Shown here in pieces: positions 49,436 through 61,335 of a stretch of DNA of 64,000 nucleotides (its first letter is position 1; each line of letters starts with the position of its first letter). The position numbers and the translations under genes were made by a program. The notes under the pieces were generated by a model. That model was given only the letters and a program-made list of their open reading frames with translations. It did not search any database and was not told the origin of the DNA. Source of the stretch: Chiloscyllium plagiosum (lineage: Eukaryota); the NCBI RefSeq assembly GCF_004010195.1, contig NC_057718.1, positions 50,787,018 to 50,851,017 on the forward strand, written 5' to 3'.

Positions 49436-51365
49436 TACAGTCATGGAGTCACAGAGATATACAGCATGGAAACACACCCTGTGGTCCCACTCGTCCATGA
49501 TGACCGGATATCCTAACCTAAACTAGTCCCATTTGTCAGCACTTGGACCATATCTCTCCAAACCCTCCCTATTCATATATCCATCCAGATGCCTTTCAAA
49601 TGTTGCAATTGTACCAGCCTCCATCACTTCCTCTGGCAGCTCATTCCATACCTGCATCACCTCTGTGTGAAAATTTTGCCCCTTAGGTCCCTTTTATATC
49701 TTTCCCCTCTCACCCTAAACCTATGCCCTCTAGATCTGAACTTCCCCACTCCATTTGTCTATTTATCCTATCCGTGCCCCTCATAATTTTGTAAACCTCT
49801 ATAAGATCACCCCTCAGCCTCTGACTCTCCAGGGAAAAGAGCTCCAGTCTTTTCAGCCTCTCCCTGTAGCTCAAATCCTTAAACCCTGGCAATAACCTTG
49901 GAAATCTTTTCTGAACCCTTCCAATAGGAAGGAAACCAGAACTGCACGCAATATTCCAAAAGTGACCTAACCAATGTAACATGATCGCCCAACTCCTATA
50001 TTCCAATACTCTGACCAATAAAGGAAAACATACCAAACACATTCTTTACTATCCTATTTACCTGCAACTCTACTTTCAAGGAATATGAATCTGCACTCCA
50101 AGGTCTCTTTGTTCAGCAACAGACCCTAGGACCTTACCATTAAGTGTATAAGTACTGCTACGATTTGCTTTCCCAAAATGCAGCATCTCACATTTATCTA
50201 AATTAAACTCTATTTGCCACTTCTCAGCCCATTGGCCCATCTGGTCCAGATCCTGTTGTAATCTGAGGTAACAATCTTCGCTGTCCACTACACCTCCAAT
50301 TTTGGTGTCATCTGCAAACTTACTAACTGTACCTCTTATGCTCGCATCCAAATCATTTCTGTAAATGACAAAAAGTAGAGGACCCCGCACCGATCCTTGT
50401 GGCACTCTACTGGTCACAGGCCTCCAGTCTGAAAAACAGCCCTCGACCACCACCCTCTGTCTTCTACCTTTGAGCCAGTTCTGTATCCAAATGGCGAGTT
50501 CTCCTGTACTCCACGAGATCTAACCTTGCTAACCAGTCTCCCATGGGGTACTTTGTCGAACACCTTACTGAAGTCCAAATAGAGCACCTCCATCGCTCTG
50601 CCCTCATCAGTCTTCTTTGTTAGTTTTTCAAAAAACTCAGTTAAGTTCATGAGACATAATTTCCCACACACAAAGCCATATTGACTATCCCTAATCAGTC
50701 CTTGCCTTTCTAAATACATGTAAATCCTGTCCCTTAGGATTCCCTCCAACAATATGCCCACCATTGGCGTCAGGCTCACCGGTCTATAGTTCCCTTGGCT
50801 TTTTCTTACCCGCTTTCTTAAATAATGGCAGCACGTTAGTCAACCTCCAATCTTCCAGCACCTCACCTGTGTCTATCGATGATACAAATATCTCAGCAAG
50901 AGGCCCAGCAATCACTTCTCTAGCTTCCCACAGAGATCTACAGTACACCTGACCAGGTCCTGGGGATTTATCCATCTTTATGCGTTTCAAAACATCCTGC
51001 ACCTCCTCCTCTATAATATGGACATTTTTCAAGATGTCACCATCTCTTTCCCTACATTCTATATCTTCCATGTCCTTCTCCACAGTAAACACTGATGCAA
51101 AACACTCATCTTGTAATAGCCCCATCTCCTGCAGCTCCACACATAGGCTGCCTTGCTGGTCTTTGAGGGGCACTATTCACTCCCTAGTTACCCTTTTATC
51201 CTTAATTTACTTATTAAAAACCCTTTGCATTCTCCTTAACTCGATTTTCCAAAGCTATCTCATGCCCTCTTTTTGCCCTCCTGATTTCCCTCTTAAGTTT
51301 CCTCTTTCTACTGTTATCCTCTTCTGAGGATTCTCTTGCTATGTTCTGTCTATACCTAACATATG
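49436..51365 (-). mobile_element. CR1/HER1 LINE ORF2 (RT + tail), frameshifted
   Basis: ORFs 50784-51173, 50414-50779 (YLDFSKVFDKVPH), 50076-50453 (VPQGSVRGPLLF, KFADDTK), 49710-50042. Confidence 0.93.
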
Positions 51366-51779
51366 TTTGGGGGTAACAGCATCAATGGCAAACACTACTG
51401 ATGCAATCACTCAGTGAATGTTCTGCGGATGCAGGTTCGAATCCCGCCACAGCAGATGGTGAAATTTGAATTCAACAAAAAAAACTAGAATTAAGAATTT
51501 ACTGATGACCATGAAAACATGGTCGATTGTTTCTGTATTGGGTTACAGCATCGATAATCCTCTGGGGGAGAGAATTTCGAAGGTTTACACCCATTTTGAG
51601 CAAAGAAATTATGCCACAATTCAATCCTAAATGATTGCCCCTAATTCTAATATGGTGGCTCTGTTTTAGATTCTCTGACTAACAGAAACATCTTCGCAGG
51701 TCTACCCAACCAGCCCCTTTACAATCATGTATCTTAGTCCAGATTTTCCTGCAGAAATAGCAGTGAATCAAATAATACT

Positions 51780-52600
51780 CATCAAATCTTGCCTCCATTA
51801 TAAGGTCAGAAATGGGGATGTTCACTAATGATAACACAATATTCAGCACCATTCACAACGCCTCAGATACATAGCCAGGCTGTTCTCCAACAAGAGACAA
51901 TGTAACCATTGTCCCTTAAATTCAATGGCAGTACCATCATTAAATCCCCAGCAATTTCATCCTCAGGTTCAATTGACCAGAACTTAAACTGGACTAGCTA
52001 TACAGATACAAAGGTTCCAAGAGAAGGTCAGAGGTTAGGAATCCCACAGCGAGTAATTCATCTGCTGACTCCTCAAAGCCTGAACACCATCTGCAACGCA
52101 CACGAAGTGAGTGTGGTAGAATAAACCCCAATTGCCTGGATGACCTCAGCTTCAACGTCACTAAGAAGCCTCACACTAACCAAGCCAAAGCAGCCCACTT
52201 GATTGGCACAAAATCCATAAACATTCAGTCCATCCACCACTGATACTGAGTAGCAGCATTTTGTACCTTCCATAAGATGTTCTGCACAAATTTACTAAGA
52301 CATCTTAAATAGCAGTTTCAAATCCATCCACCACTTCCACCAGTAGATATATGGAAACAATTCCACTGGCAAGTTCCCCTCAAATCCACTCACCATCCTG
52401 ACTTGGAATTATACTGCTGTTTCTTGTGTGTAACGGAGTCAAAATCATGGAACTCTCTCCCTAATGGCATTGTGGGCCTATCGACAACAGATGATTGCAA
52501 TGGTTCAAGAAGGCAGCTCATCACCATCTTCTCAAGGATAACCAAGGCTTGGAAATGTTGGCCCGCCAGCAACACACACATCCCGTGGATGAATGAAAAA
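51780..52600 (+). mobile_element. CR1/L2-group LINE 3' region with Deu-SINE-type tail
   Basis: SIDQNLNWTSY..QRLGIPQRV; tail ggttcaagaaggcagctcatcaccatcttctcaagg..cacatcccgtggatgaatgaaaaaa. Confidence 0.75.
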
Positions 52601-53079
52601 AATCAAATAAAATTTCTGGTAAATGCATGTATAATTAAATGTGAAAATCCAGTTCTTGTCCATAATGAAGTTGCTTCAGAAGCATTTTGAAAGAGCATTT
52701 CTCCATCTGAGCCATCACCCAAACAAACAAAATGTAATGAAGTTTGTGTACGTACTGCATGGATATGTAAATTAATTGGAAAAAGTGACTACAATGCGGT
52801 AATTCTTATTTATTCGCAAACTACCTCAAAGAGAATAATTTATGCAAATTTAGAAATCAATTCCTTCAGATGTTCATGATTTTTGGAGATTTAAACATTA
52901 CAGGTTTTTATTTCTCTCACTTCTATCTTTCTTTCACTCTCATTACTTTGCTTCTTATACAGTATTTGACATTGGATTAACAATACTAACTGATACTCCC
53001 TGGTTCAGCCTCTGCTATTCATTAATAATTTTTCAATCTCATTGGTTAAGGAGACACATTGTTGCTTGTTTAATTCTCA

Positions 53080-53435
53080 CAGAATCATAGAATATCTACA
53101 GTGTAGAAGCAGGTAATTCAGCCCATTGAGTCCACCAACCCTCCAAAGAGGTTCACACCCAGATGCACCCTCCTATTCTATCCCTGTAACCTTACATTCC
53201 TCATGACTAATCCACAAAGCCTTCACATCCCTGGACAATCCGGGCAATTTAGCATGGACAATCCACCTAACCTGTACATCTTTGGATTGTGGGAGGAAAC
53301 TGAAGCACCCGGAGGAAACCCATACAGACATGGGGAGAATGTGCAAACTCTACATAGACAGCTGCCTGAGGCTGGAATCAAACCTAAGTCACTGGTACTG
53401 TGAGGAAGCAGCACTAACTACTGAGCCACAGTGCC
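53080..53435 (-). mobile_element. V-SINE (HE1-like), near full length
   Basis: Reverse-complement match to 60392-60742. Confidence 0.88.
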
Positions 53436-56400
53436 TTTCCAAGTTCTCAGATGCTTTGCCGAATACTCTTTGGCTTACTGTGCAAAATGCCCACTGATAT
53501 CTTATAAATAAATATGTCTCAAGAACAGTGCAAAATCTGGTCCAATACCTCCAGTTGTGTCTTTCAAGAGTTATATTTGTTGCCATTTCCTAATGCTGTC
53601 ACCTGCTGATTTTATCAGAAATTTTCTGAAACAAGTTGAACTGTTTTTCAATGCAAGCAGACGATCTTCCAAAACAATTTAATTCTCAACATAAGACTGT
53701 GAACTAGAGTAGGCAGTGAACTCCATGTCCAAACATGCTAGCTAGTTCTCCTATTTTTTTTTAAAGAGGCAAAGAATGTGTCTCGTTAGCAATAGTATGC
53801 TGAACAAAAACTGAGCACAATGAAGCTACTTTTGGTCAAAATTGCAGACGCTGTTGGATTCTTTACTTCTTTCATGCAGAGAACTAGAATGCAATGAAAG
53901 AATCAAAAAGGCATATTTATCAAACAGCAGCAATTATGAGAGTTATAAAATTATATTTTGTAGTGTGTCTTGAAATATAGATTAAAATGAAAGAGGTTAT
54001 GTAACTATTTCAAATTCTGCCCAACAATATGCCTGTCTGGCTGAAATTTCACACCTGGGAAGAAGGGCAAGGGCAGCTCTGCAAACAGGATATACACATG
54101 CTGGCTTCAGGAATAATCAAAGAGAGGAGAAAGGGAAACCAGTTGGCGTGGTCAGCAAAGATGCTGCAGGTCTTTTATGAGACACCAAATCTTGAGACAA
54201 TCTCTAGTCAAAACGATGCAACCCACAGCATCGAAAAGAATCAGGGAAGGTTCATCCTGGCATGACGGGGGAGGAAAGAAGAATTATCAGAGAGAGCTTT
54301 ATTGTTGGCAGTGGATTTGAGAAACCCTCCAAAAACTGGGGGAATTGACTTGAGAAGGTCAACATCACTACTCAGCAAAACAGGGAAACATGAACTCATC
54401 GGCAGACCAAAGAACTGCTTCCTGTAATCTACAGAGAATGAGAGAAATATTAAAGAGGAATTTTTATTGTTGTAAAATGTCCGACAAGTATAATATTTAG
54501 GTATTTTAAAAATTATTTGTTGCAGTAAAATAACTTAAATTGCATAATCATGTTATATCTTTCTTTTTAACAATTAATTGGAAGCTTGAATTTCGTTTTG
54601 AACTCTCTCAGTGTCTACAGGGAACAGAACACAATGCTAAGTGTTGAGTCCACCTTTTCTGTGTGCATCAAAGTTAATACATAAAAATGGAGAGAAAAAG
54701 CTCAAAGTAATATTGAAAATTCAGGCACAAACCAGTCAGGTGTGGAAAAAAAATTGGAATGCAGTTCACATGGGGAGGAGAAAGAAAATACAAATTTCTT
54801 TTTGAAGGAGTAGATTAGCTGAGCAATTTTCCATCCAACACAGTGTAATTTCAATTTAATTTACTGTGTATAAACCTGATCTGTATGACTGGTTGTTGAA
54901 ATAGTTGAACAGGGAACCTCAGATATGTCACATAAATCAATCTTGATCTTTGATTTACTTTCCCTGGTGTTTATCATCTTCCTCACATTAAAACCAGTGC
55001 ATGGCTAGATAAGAAAGAGTTCAAAAGTAAGCAGGAACCTTGTTACAGCCGGCAAGCCTCATTACTCCACTTCAGTATTAATAATCTGTGATATGAACAG
55101 AAAATGAGTTATGAACAAACCCCCAATAGCTTTTCTTTTCATTGATCAAATAAAAAAAGGAAAAGACAGCAAGTCATGAAAGAAATTTGTCTTAATATCT
55201 GTGTTTGAGAAAAGAGAAGTAGCTGTGTTTCAAATGTGAAATGAATGGAATCAAGAAACAATGGCCCTGGTTTTCATTCCTGGATCAAGTGCACTCAGTT
55301 GGGAGAAATCCCAAGAGTGTAAACCTGACCTTTAAAGGTGGTCAGAACTCTTCCCATTTTTAATTTGGTGGGTTGGGCTGGTTTGGGATTTAGGACCGGT
55401 TTGGGATTTGGGGCCAGGCAGTCAGGGAAGAGTAGAGAGGCAGGTAGGTCTTGAGACGGACTCTGTAGGAAGCACTGGGGCTCCAGTGCAGTTCAAAATT
55501 TAAAAACCAAACATCGAAATATAAAGCATCCCTCCTGCCCTCATTCCCTCACTTTCCACGCTTGTCTATGTAAACCAATGCCCTGTCCTGTCTTCATAAC
55601 CCCTTCTACTTTTGTCCAACCAAGCCTGTCTCCCCATCACCCTCAATCCCCATATGCACCAATGATCTCCATTGCCCTTTTTTGGCCCAATGCCAACTCA
55701 GTGCTAACTCAGATCCTGCTTTCACCACTCTCTGACCTTTCCTCTCCATGACAATTCATCTATTATCCAACATGAACATGACTCTATTTTCTGTCAGGAT
55801 GACTTCTGGGTTATAACTCTATTGATATTATCATTGAAACAAAAATACTTTCATTAGATCAAAAAACACATCCAATACCATTGGATATCAACCAATTCCT
55901 TATGAAAATAAACATTTTCCTCACGGGCTCAATACTTTATGCAAACAAATAATTCACATAAGCTTTTTTTAAAAAGCGTCTGATATGTTTAATCTCTTAT
56001 GTCAACAAATATTTTCATACTATAAGCTGTTGGAGCTGTCCATGAATAGACACCATTTTTGAAAGTGTTATTTGGGAAATCAGTTACTAATCAATGTTGC
56101 TTCAATAGCATTTTCCAAGCTGCAACCTCGGCTACCGAAAAGGACAAGGGAGCAAAAGCACGGTAACATAACCACACACGGGTTCCCCTCCAGTCACATA
56201 TTATTCTGTACTTCCACTGTGGCTGCGTCAAAGTCTTCGATCTCCTTTCCTAACAGCAGTGTGGATAGATTTGCAAAGTTCCAAAGGGTGTCTTACCTCT
56301 GCCTATGGTGTCCTGGAACCAATCAAATGAGGAACCTCACCTCTCCAAAATGAGGAAAACATGAAACTTTCCTCCAGTCTTCACCCCTGACAAACTCCCT

Positions 56401-56519
56401 TACTCCACCTCAACCCTACATATCAAATTAGACACAGTGACAGAAAAATAAACATTTTTATAGCATCAGCTACTTGATTGCCTGATTAATCCCAACCCAT
56501 GCAATATTTTATTTGTATT

Positions 56520-56960
56520 CAATCATAGGATGTGGGCTTTATTGGCTGGTTAGCATTTATTGCCCATCCTTAGTTCCTTTGAGAAGATGGTGGTAAGCTG
56601 CCTTCTTGAACACTGCAGTCCACATGCTCTCAGGGAGGGAATTTCAGGGTTTTGAATGAGTGACAGTGAAGGAAGGGTGCTATATTTTCAAGTTAGTGGT
56701 GAGTGGCTTGGAGGGGAACTTGCAGGTGGGGGTGTTCCCATGCTTCTGCTGCCCTTGTCCTTCTGGGTGGAAGTGGTCCGGGGTTTGGAAAGTATTGACT
56801 AAAGATCTTTGGTGAATTTCTGCTGTGCATCTTGTAGATAGTACATACAGCTGCTAATAGATGTCAGGGGTGGAATGAGTTGGTGGTTGTGGATGTCGTG
56901 CAAATCAAGCAGGCTGTTGTGCCCTGGATGGTGTCAAGCTTCTTGAGTGTTCACTCTTGA
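56520..56960 (-). mobile_element. LINE 3' region, same family as 51780-52600
   Basis: gcatttattgcccatcc..gagaagatggtggtaagctgccttcttgaac; ccctggatggtgtcaagcttcttgagtgt. Confidence 0.75.
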
Positions 56961-57739
56961 CAAGTGGTCATTGACATTTAAATGGCCAGCTGTATTCAGA
57001 ATCCATGCTTGCTGGTTCTGTGCATCGACCTCAAGAAAATGACAAAGACCAGATTCAGAGGAAGGATTTCTTGTGGTATTTTCACTGCAATGAAACACTC
57101 TTTGTCATGGTAAATATTTAGTTTCTTAAAATTTAACTTTCCTGACCACACTGTAAGTTAATCAAATTAGATACAGTGACAGATAAATAATTTTTTTTAT
57201 GACATGAAAAACTTGATTTTCTGGAATCTAGTTCCTATTGGGTACAGGATAAGGGAGTTTGCTTTAATGGTATAAATGTTGGGAACAAATCATAAATGGC
57301 AGTCTCCAGGAACTAAGACAAACAAGTATCAATGTCAAACTTGTTGAAGTGACTTTTCACTGCTGAATGTCACAAAATTAGTTCCAAGAACTTCAATACA
57401 AAAGCAAGGGAAATAGATTCAGTGTCTATTGTAGAAAATTCACCAAAGATTATTTGAATTTTGGTACTTCCAGTAAGAATGATCAGTGAAAGAAATTTGA
57501 AAATTGCTTTTTTCCCCCCACAAATGCAGCTTCTGGACACATTGCAAAGTTAACATAAAATAAATGTTAGGGTGAACCTGGCTTGCAAAATGTTCCTTAA
57601 CTTTTATTGGTAAAAGTATTCACATTCTCTTACCTTAATTATTTCTTATCTTAACATGCTCATATTCACAACTTATTGTCTAAAAAATCCTGCTGTCTAC
57701 AATCTCTGAAATCCCTTTTAAATATGGAATGTTTATGTT

Positions 57740-58570
57740 AAAGCTGTGTGGGAGGGTGAGCTGAGAGAAAGATGCAGAGATGCTTCAGTGTGGCTTGGAC
57801 AAGTTGACTGAGTGGGCAAATGCATCGCAGGTGCAGTATAATGTGCATAAATATGATAGCAAAATCAGGAATGCATATTAATATCTCAGTGGCTATAAAC
57901 TAAGAGAAGGAAATATGCAATTAAACCGGAGTGTCATGTACACCAGTTGCTAAAGGTAAGCATGCAGGTGCAGCAGGCAATAAAGAAGACAAATGGTATG
58001 TTGGCTATTACAGCAAGAGTCTATTAGTGGGTATGTCTTGCTGCAATGATACAGGGCCCTGGTGAGAACACACCTGAAATATTGTGTGGAGATTTGGACA
58101 CTTTATCTGAGGAAGATGTTCTTGCTATAGAGGGCGTTCATTCAAGTTTTACCAGACAGAGTCCTACGATGGCAGGACTGACGTATGAGGAGAGGCTGAA
58201 TCAGTTAGGACTATATTCGCTGGAGTTCAGAAGAGTGAGAGGGAATCTCATAGATACCTATAGAATTCTGACTGGACTAGAGTGACTAGATGCAGGAGTG
58301 CAGAACTGGGGTGGCAGTCTAAGGAGACCAGGTAAACTGCCTAAGATGAAGATGAGTAGTGAGACTGTAGAATTTGCTACCAGAGAAAACAGTCAAGGCC
58401 AAAACATTGTATGAATTCAAGGAAGAGTTGGACATGGTACTTGAGCTAAGGATATTGGAGAAAAGCAGCGACAGGCTACTGAGTTGGATGATCAGTCATG
58501 ATCATAGTGAATGGTGGAGCAGGCGTAAAGGGCTGAATGGCCTACTCCTGTTCATTTTTTCTATGGTTGT
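57740..58570 (+). mobile_element. Decayed CR1 ORF2 C-terminus and tail
   Basis: LAIEGVHSSFTR..GLTYEERLNQLGLYSLEFRRVRGNLIDTYRIL. Confidence 0.85.
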
Positions 58571-58821
58571 ATGGTGTGAGGTATTCTCTGGATTAAATTA
58601 TCAAAGGGAAGTATAGGTCCTTCTTCTACTTCTGTGCTCTTTTCCTTAAATTACTCAAAAGCAAACATTGGCCAGACAGAGAAATTTCACATAAATCCAA
58701 CTAAGAAGTGGCAAAACGCATTTCTTGAGGACATCAGTTGGGATGGGATTTAAATAACTTTACTTTGGGGACCATTGCCAGAATCAAAATAAATATTGGC
58801 AAATTTGTCCACGTTAAAATT

Positions 58822-58996
58822 ATAGAATCCCTGCAGTGTGGAAACAGGCCCAACAAGTCCGCACCGACACTCCGAAGAGTAACCACCCAGACCATTCCCC
58901 ATGCCTTATATTTACCCTTGACTAATGCACCAAAGCTACACATCCCTGAACACTATGGGCAATTTAGCACAGCCAATTCAACTAACCTGCACATCT
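58822..58996 (-). mobile_element. V-SINE 3' half
   Basis: atagaatccctgcagtgtggaaacaggcc..ggcaatttagcacagccaattcaactaacctgcacatct. Confidence 0.8.
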
Positions 58997-59869
58997 GATG
59001 TGTTATCTCCTTTGGCGTGCATTTATCATTACGTGATTCCCAAACACTTGCACCAACCTTAAAGTTCCGAAACAGAGAAAATTGGGCAAGCATTTCATAG
59101 ATTCAAATGATGAACTTAAAACTGAACTTAATTTCAATCTTATATTTTAACTCCAAACAACACTAATAAATTCAAAACTGCCGGATATGTTTAAATTTAG
59201 GTTTTGCACATATTCACTGTTTCAAATGTCAAAAGGTTTCCTGTAAGTGATCCATCATATCTCAAAATGGTCAACATAAAATGAGACCATAAGGGTCTTC
59301 AAAATCTTTTACATCTGAAAGGAAGATACTAACACTTTACACATATGCTTTATCGACTGTACTTTGAACTTGCAAAGCTCATCGATGAGGAAATCTTGGT
59401 GGCTGTTCAAAATCACTTTACTTTGCACATATTGTTGCTGTATAGGAGCAGACTGAAGCTTGCTATTAACTGATAAATTAGACAAACAAAACTGGCAGAA
59501 GATAAAATTAGACTGTAAAGGTAAGGGTTTGTTCGTGGGAGAATTCAGGTATTCTAAAAATCTCCTCTCATGCGCAACCGACAAGAAAGTCATAGGTTTA
59601 ATTTCTCAAAAAGAAAATTTTTTAAAAATTTAGCTTCACATAAAAAATTGTAAATTCAAATACAGAAATTAATTAAATAATTTAAAGCTGCAAGGGTGGG
59701 CGAAGGACCACTGAAAATGACTGTTACGTCTTATAGTAATATACAAAAATATTTGTCTACTACAGATAACCAATTGAATGAATTTGTTCACAACAGCCCT
59801 GCTCTTCCTCCACCAGCCCCAGTACACTCCAGGGGTTGGGTTATGGTCATTCCTACAGGTCAAGTACAA

Positions 59870-60248
59870 CCAGGTGATCTCATTGAGACATACAGGATTC
59901 TCAAGCGACTTGACAGGGTAAATGCTGAGAGGATGTCTTCCCACAACAGCAGTGTCTACAACCTAAAGAGGTGATAATTTGAGATTGAGATAAGAAGAAA
60001 TTGCTTCTCTGAGGGTTGAGAGTCTTCAGAACTCCTTGCCACAGAGGGCTGTGGGGCAGAGTCTACGTGTACATTTAACGCTGAGATAGATAGACACTTG
60101 ATCAGTAGGGGCACGAAGGGTTATGGGGAAAATGCAGGAAAGTGGATGTGAGGAGTTCAGTTCAGACCAGCTACAATCCTACGGAATGGTGGAACAGGTT
60201 CGAAGGGCCGAATGGTCTATTCCTGTTCCTATTTCTTATGGTGTTATG
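59870..60248 (+). mobile_element. CR1 3' end
   Basis: GDLIETYRILKRLDRVNAERM; tail cctatttcttatggtgttatg. Confidence 0.8.
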
Positions 60249-60391
60249 ATTAGTTGGGGGTCATTGATGGTCAGTCTGAGTGCTGTGGGGACATCAGCCT
60301 GTGGGCTGGACAAATTCAGGCAGGGAGGAGGTGGAGGAGCTGAGGACCTTAGCTGTGCTGCTGCTGCCACTGAAATGTTATTGAATTGGGA

Positions 60392-60742
60392 GTGGCATCA
60401 TGGCTCAGTGGTTAGCACTGCTGCCTCACAGCACCAGGGACCCGAGTTCAATTCCAGCCATGGGTGACTGTCTGTGTGGAGTTTGCATATTCTCCCTATG
60501 TCTGCGTATTTCTCCTCCAGGTGCTCCGGTTTCCTCCTACAAACCAAAAATGTGCAGGTTAGGTAAATTGGCCATGCTAAACTGCCCACTGTCTTCAGGG
60601 GTATGTAGGTTAGGTGCATTAGTCACAGGAAATGTAGAGTGATAGGGATGGGGGAGTGGGTCCGGGTGAGTTGTTATCCAGAGGGTCGGTGTGGACTTGT
60701 TGGACTGGATGGCCTGTTTCTGCACTGTGGGGATTCTATGAA
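60392..60742 (+). mobile_element. V-SINE (HE1-like), near full length
   Basis: A-box TGGCTCAGTGG, B-box GAGTTCAATTCC, V-domain, tail ctgtggggattctatg. Confidence 0.9.
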
Positions 60743-61054
60743 TTGGCAAAGAAACTATTGCTTTTCAAACAAACATCTTGAACACTGAATATTTTGGCTG
60801 CTGTTACCAAAAAAAATCAACATATATTTTTCCAGTGCCATAAAAATGATTGCAAAAAGCAAGGAGCAACAAAGAAATGTGTGTATGTGTTAATGAATTA
60901 CGTGTAAATCAATCTGCTGAAATTGAGGAATCAATGCAGTGATATAAATTGAGTGGTGGTGATGTTTGTATCATAAAAATTGACCTCGAGTAATCGCAAA
61001 GAGTCTGTTTTGTTTTGCATTTAAAGTCTTGTTAACAGAGCTGAAGGATTGCAT

Positions 61055-61182
61055 GGAGAAAGTGAGGTCTGCAGATGCTGGAGATCAGAGCTGAAAATGT
61101 GTTGCTGGAAAAGCGCAGCAGGTCAGACAGCATCCAGGGAACAGGAGAATCGACGTTTCGGGCATAAGCCCTTCTTCAGGCT
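61055..61182 (-). mobile_element. Short Penelope-derived element starting at an intact hammerhead core
   Basis: Near-identical to 24210-24330; minus strand C-CTGAAGA(61179-61173)-A-GGGC-ttat-GCCC-GAAACGTC(61159-61152)-GATTC. Confidence 0.85.
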
Positions 61183-61234
61183 TGGCTTGGTAATGTGCAA
61201 TTTCCAAGATGAGACTGCTAAATCTAGGGATGGA

Positions 61235-61335
61235 AGCATTATTATGGTGCAAGGGTATTGTCCCTAACTCTGATAGTCTGGGTTCGAGTCCCACCTGCAA
61301 CAGAGTATCATAACTCATTCAAACAGCTTGATTAA
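61235..61335 (+). mobile_element. Short tRNA-headed SINE fragment (related copy at ~63872-63970)
   Basis: B-box GGTTCGAGTCCCAC / GAGTTCAAGTCCCAC followed by a shared aacag(c/g)ttgattaaa. Confidence 0.5.

Noticed and set aside
60392..60460. tRNA genes suggested by A/B boxes (also 14157, 24828, 51430, 61260)
   Set aside because: No cloverleaf; each continues into a SINE body.
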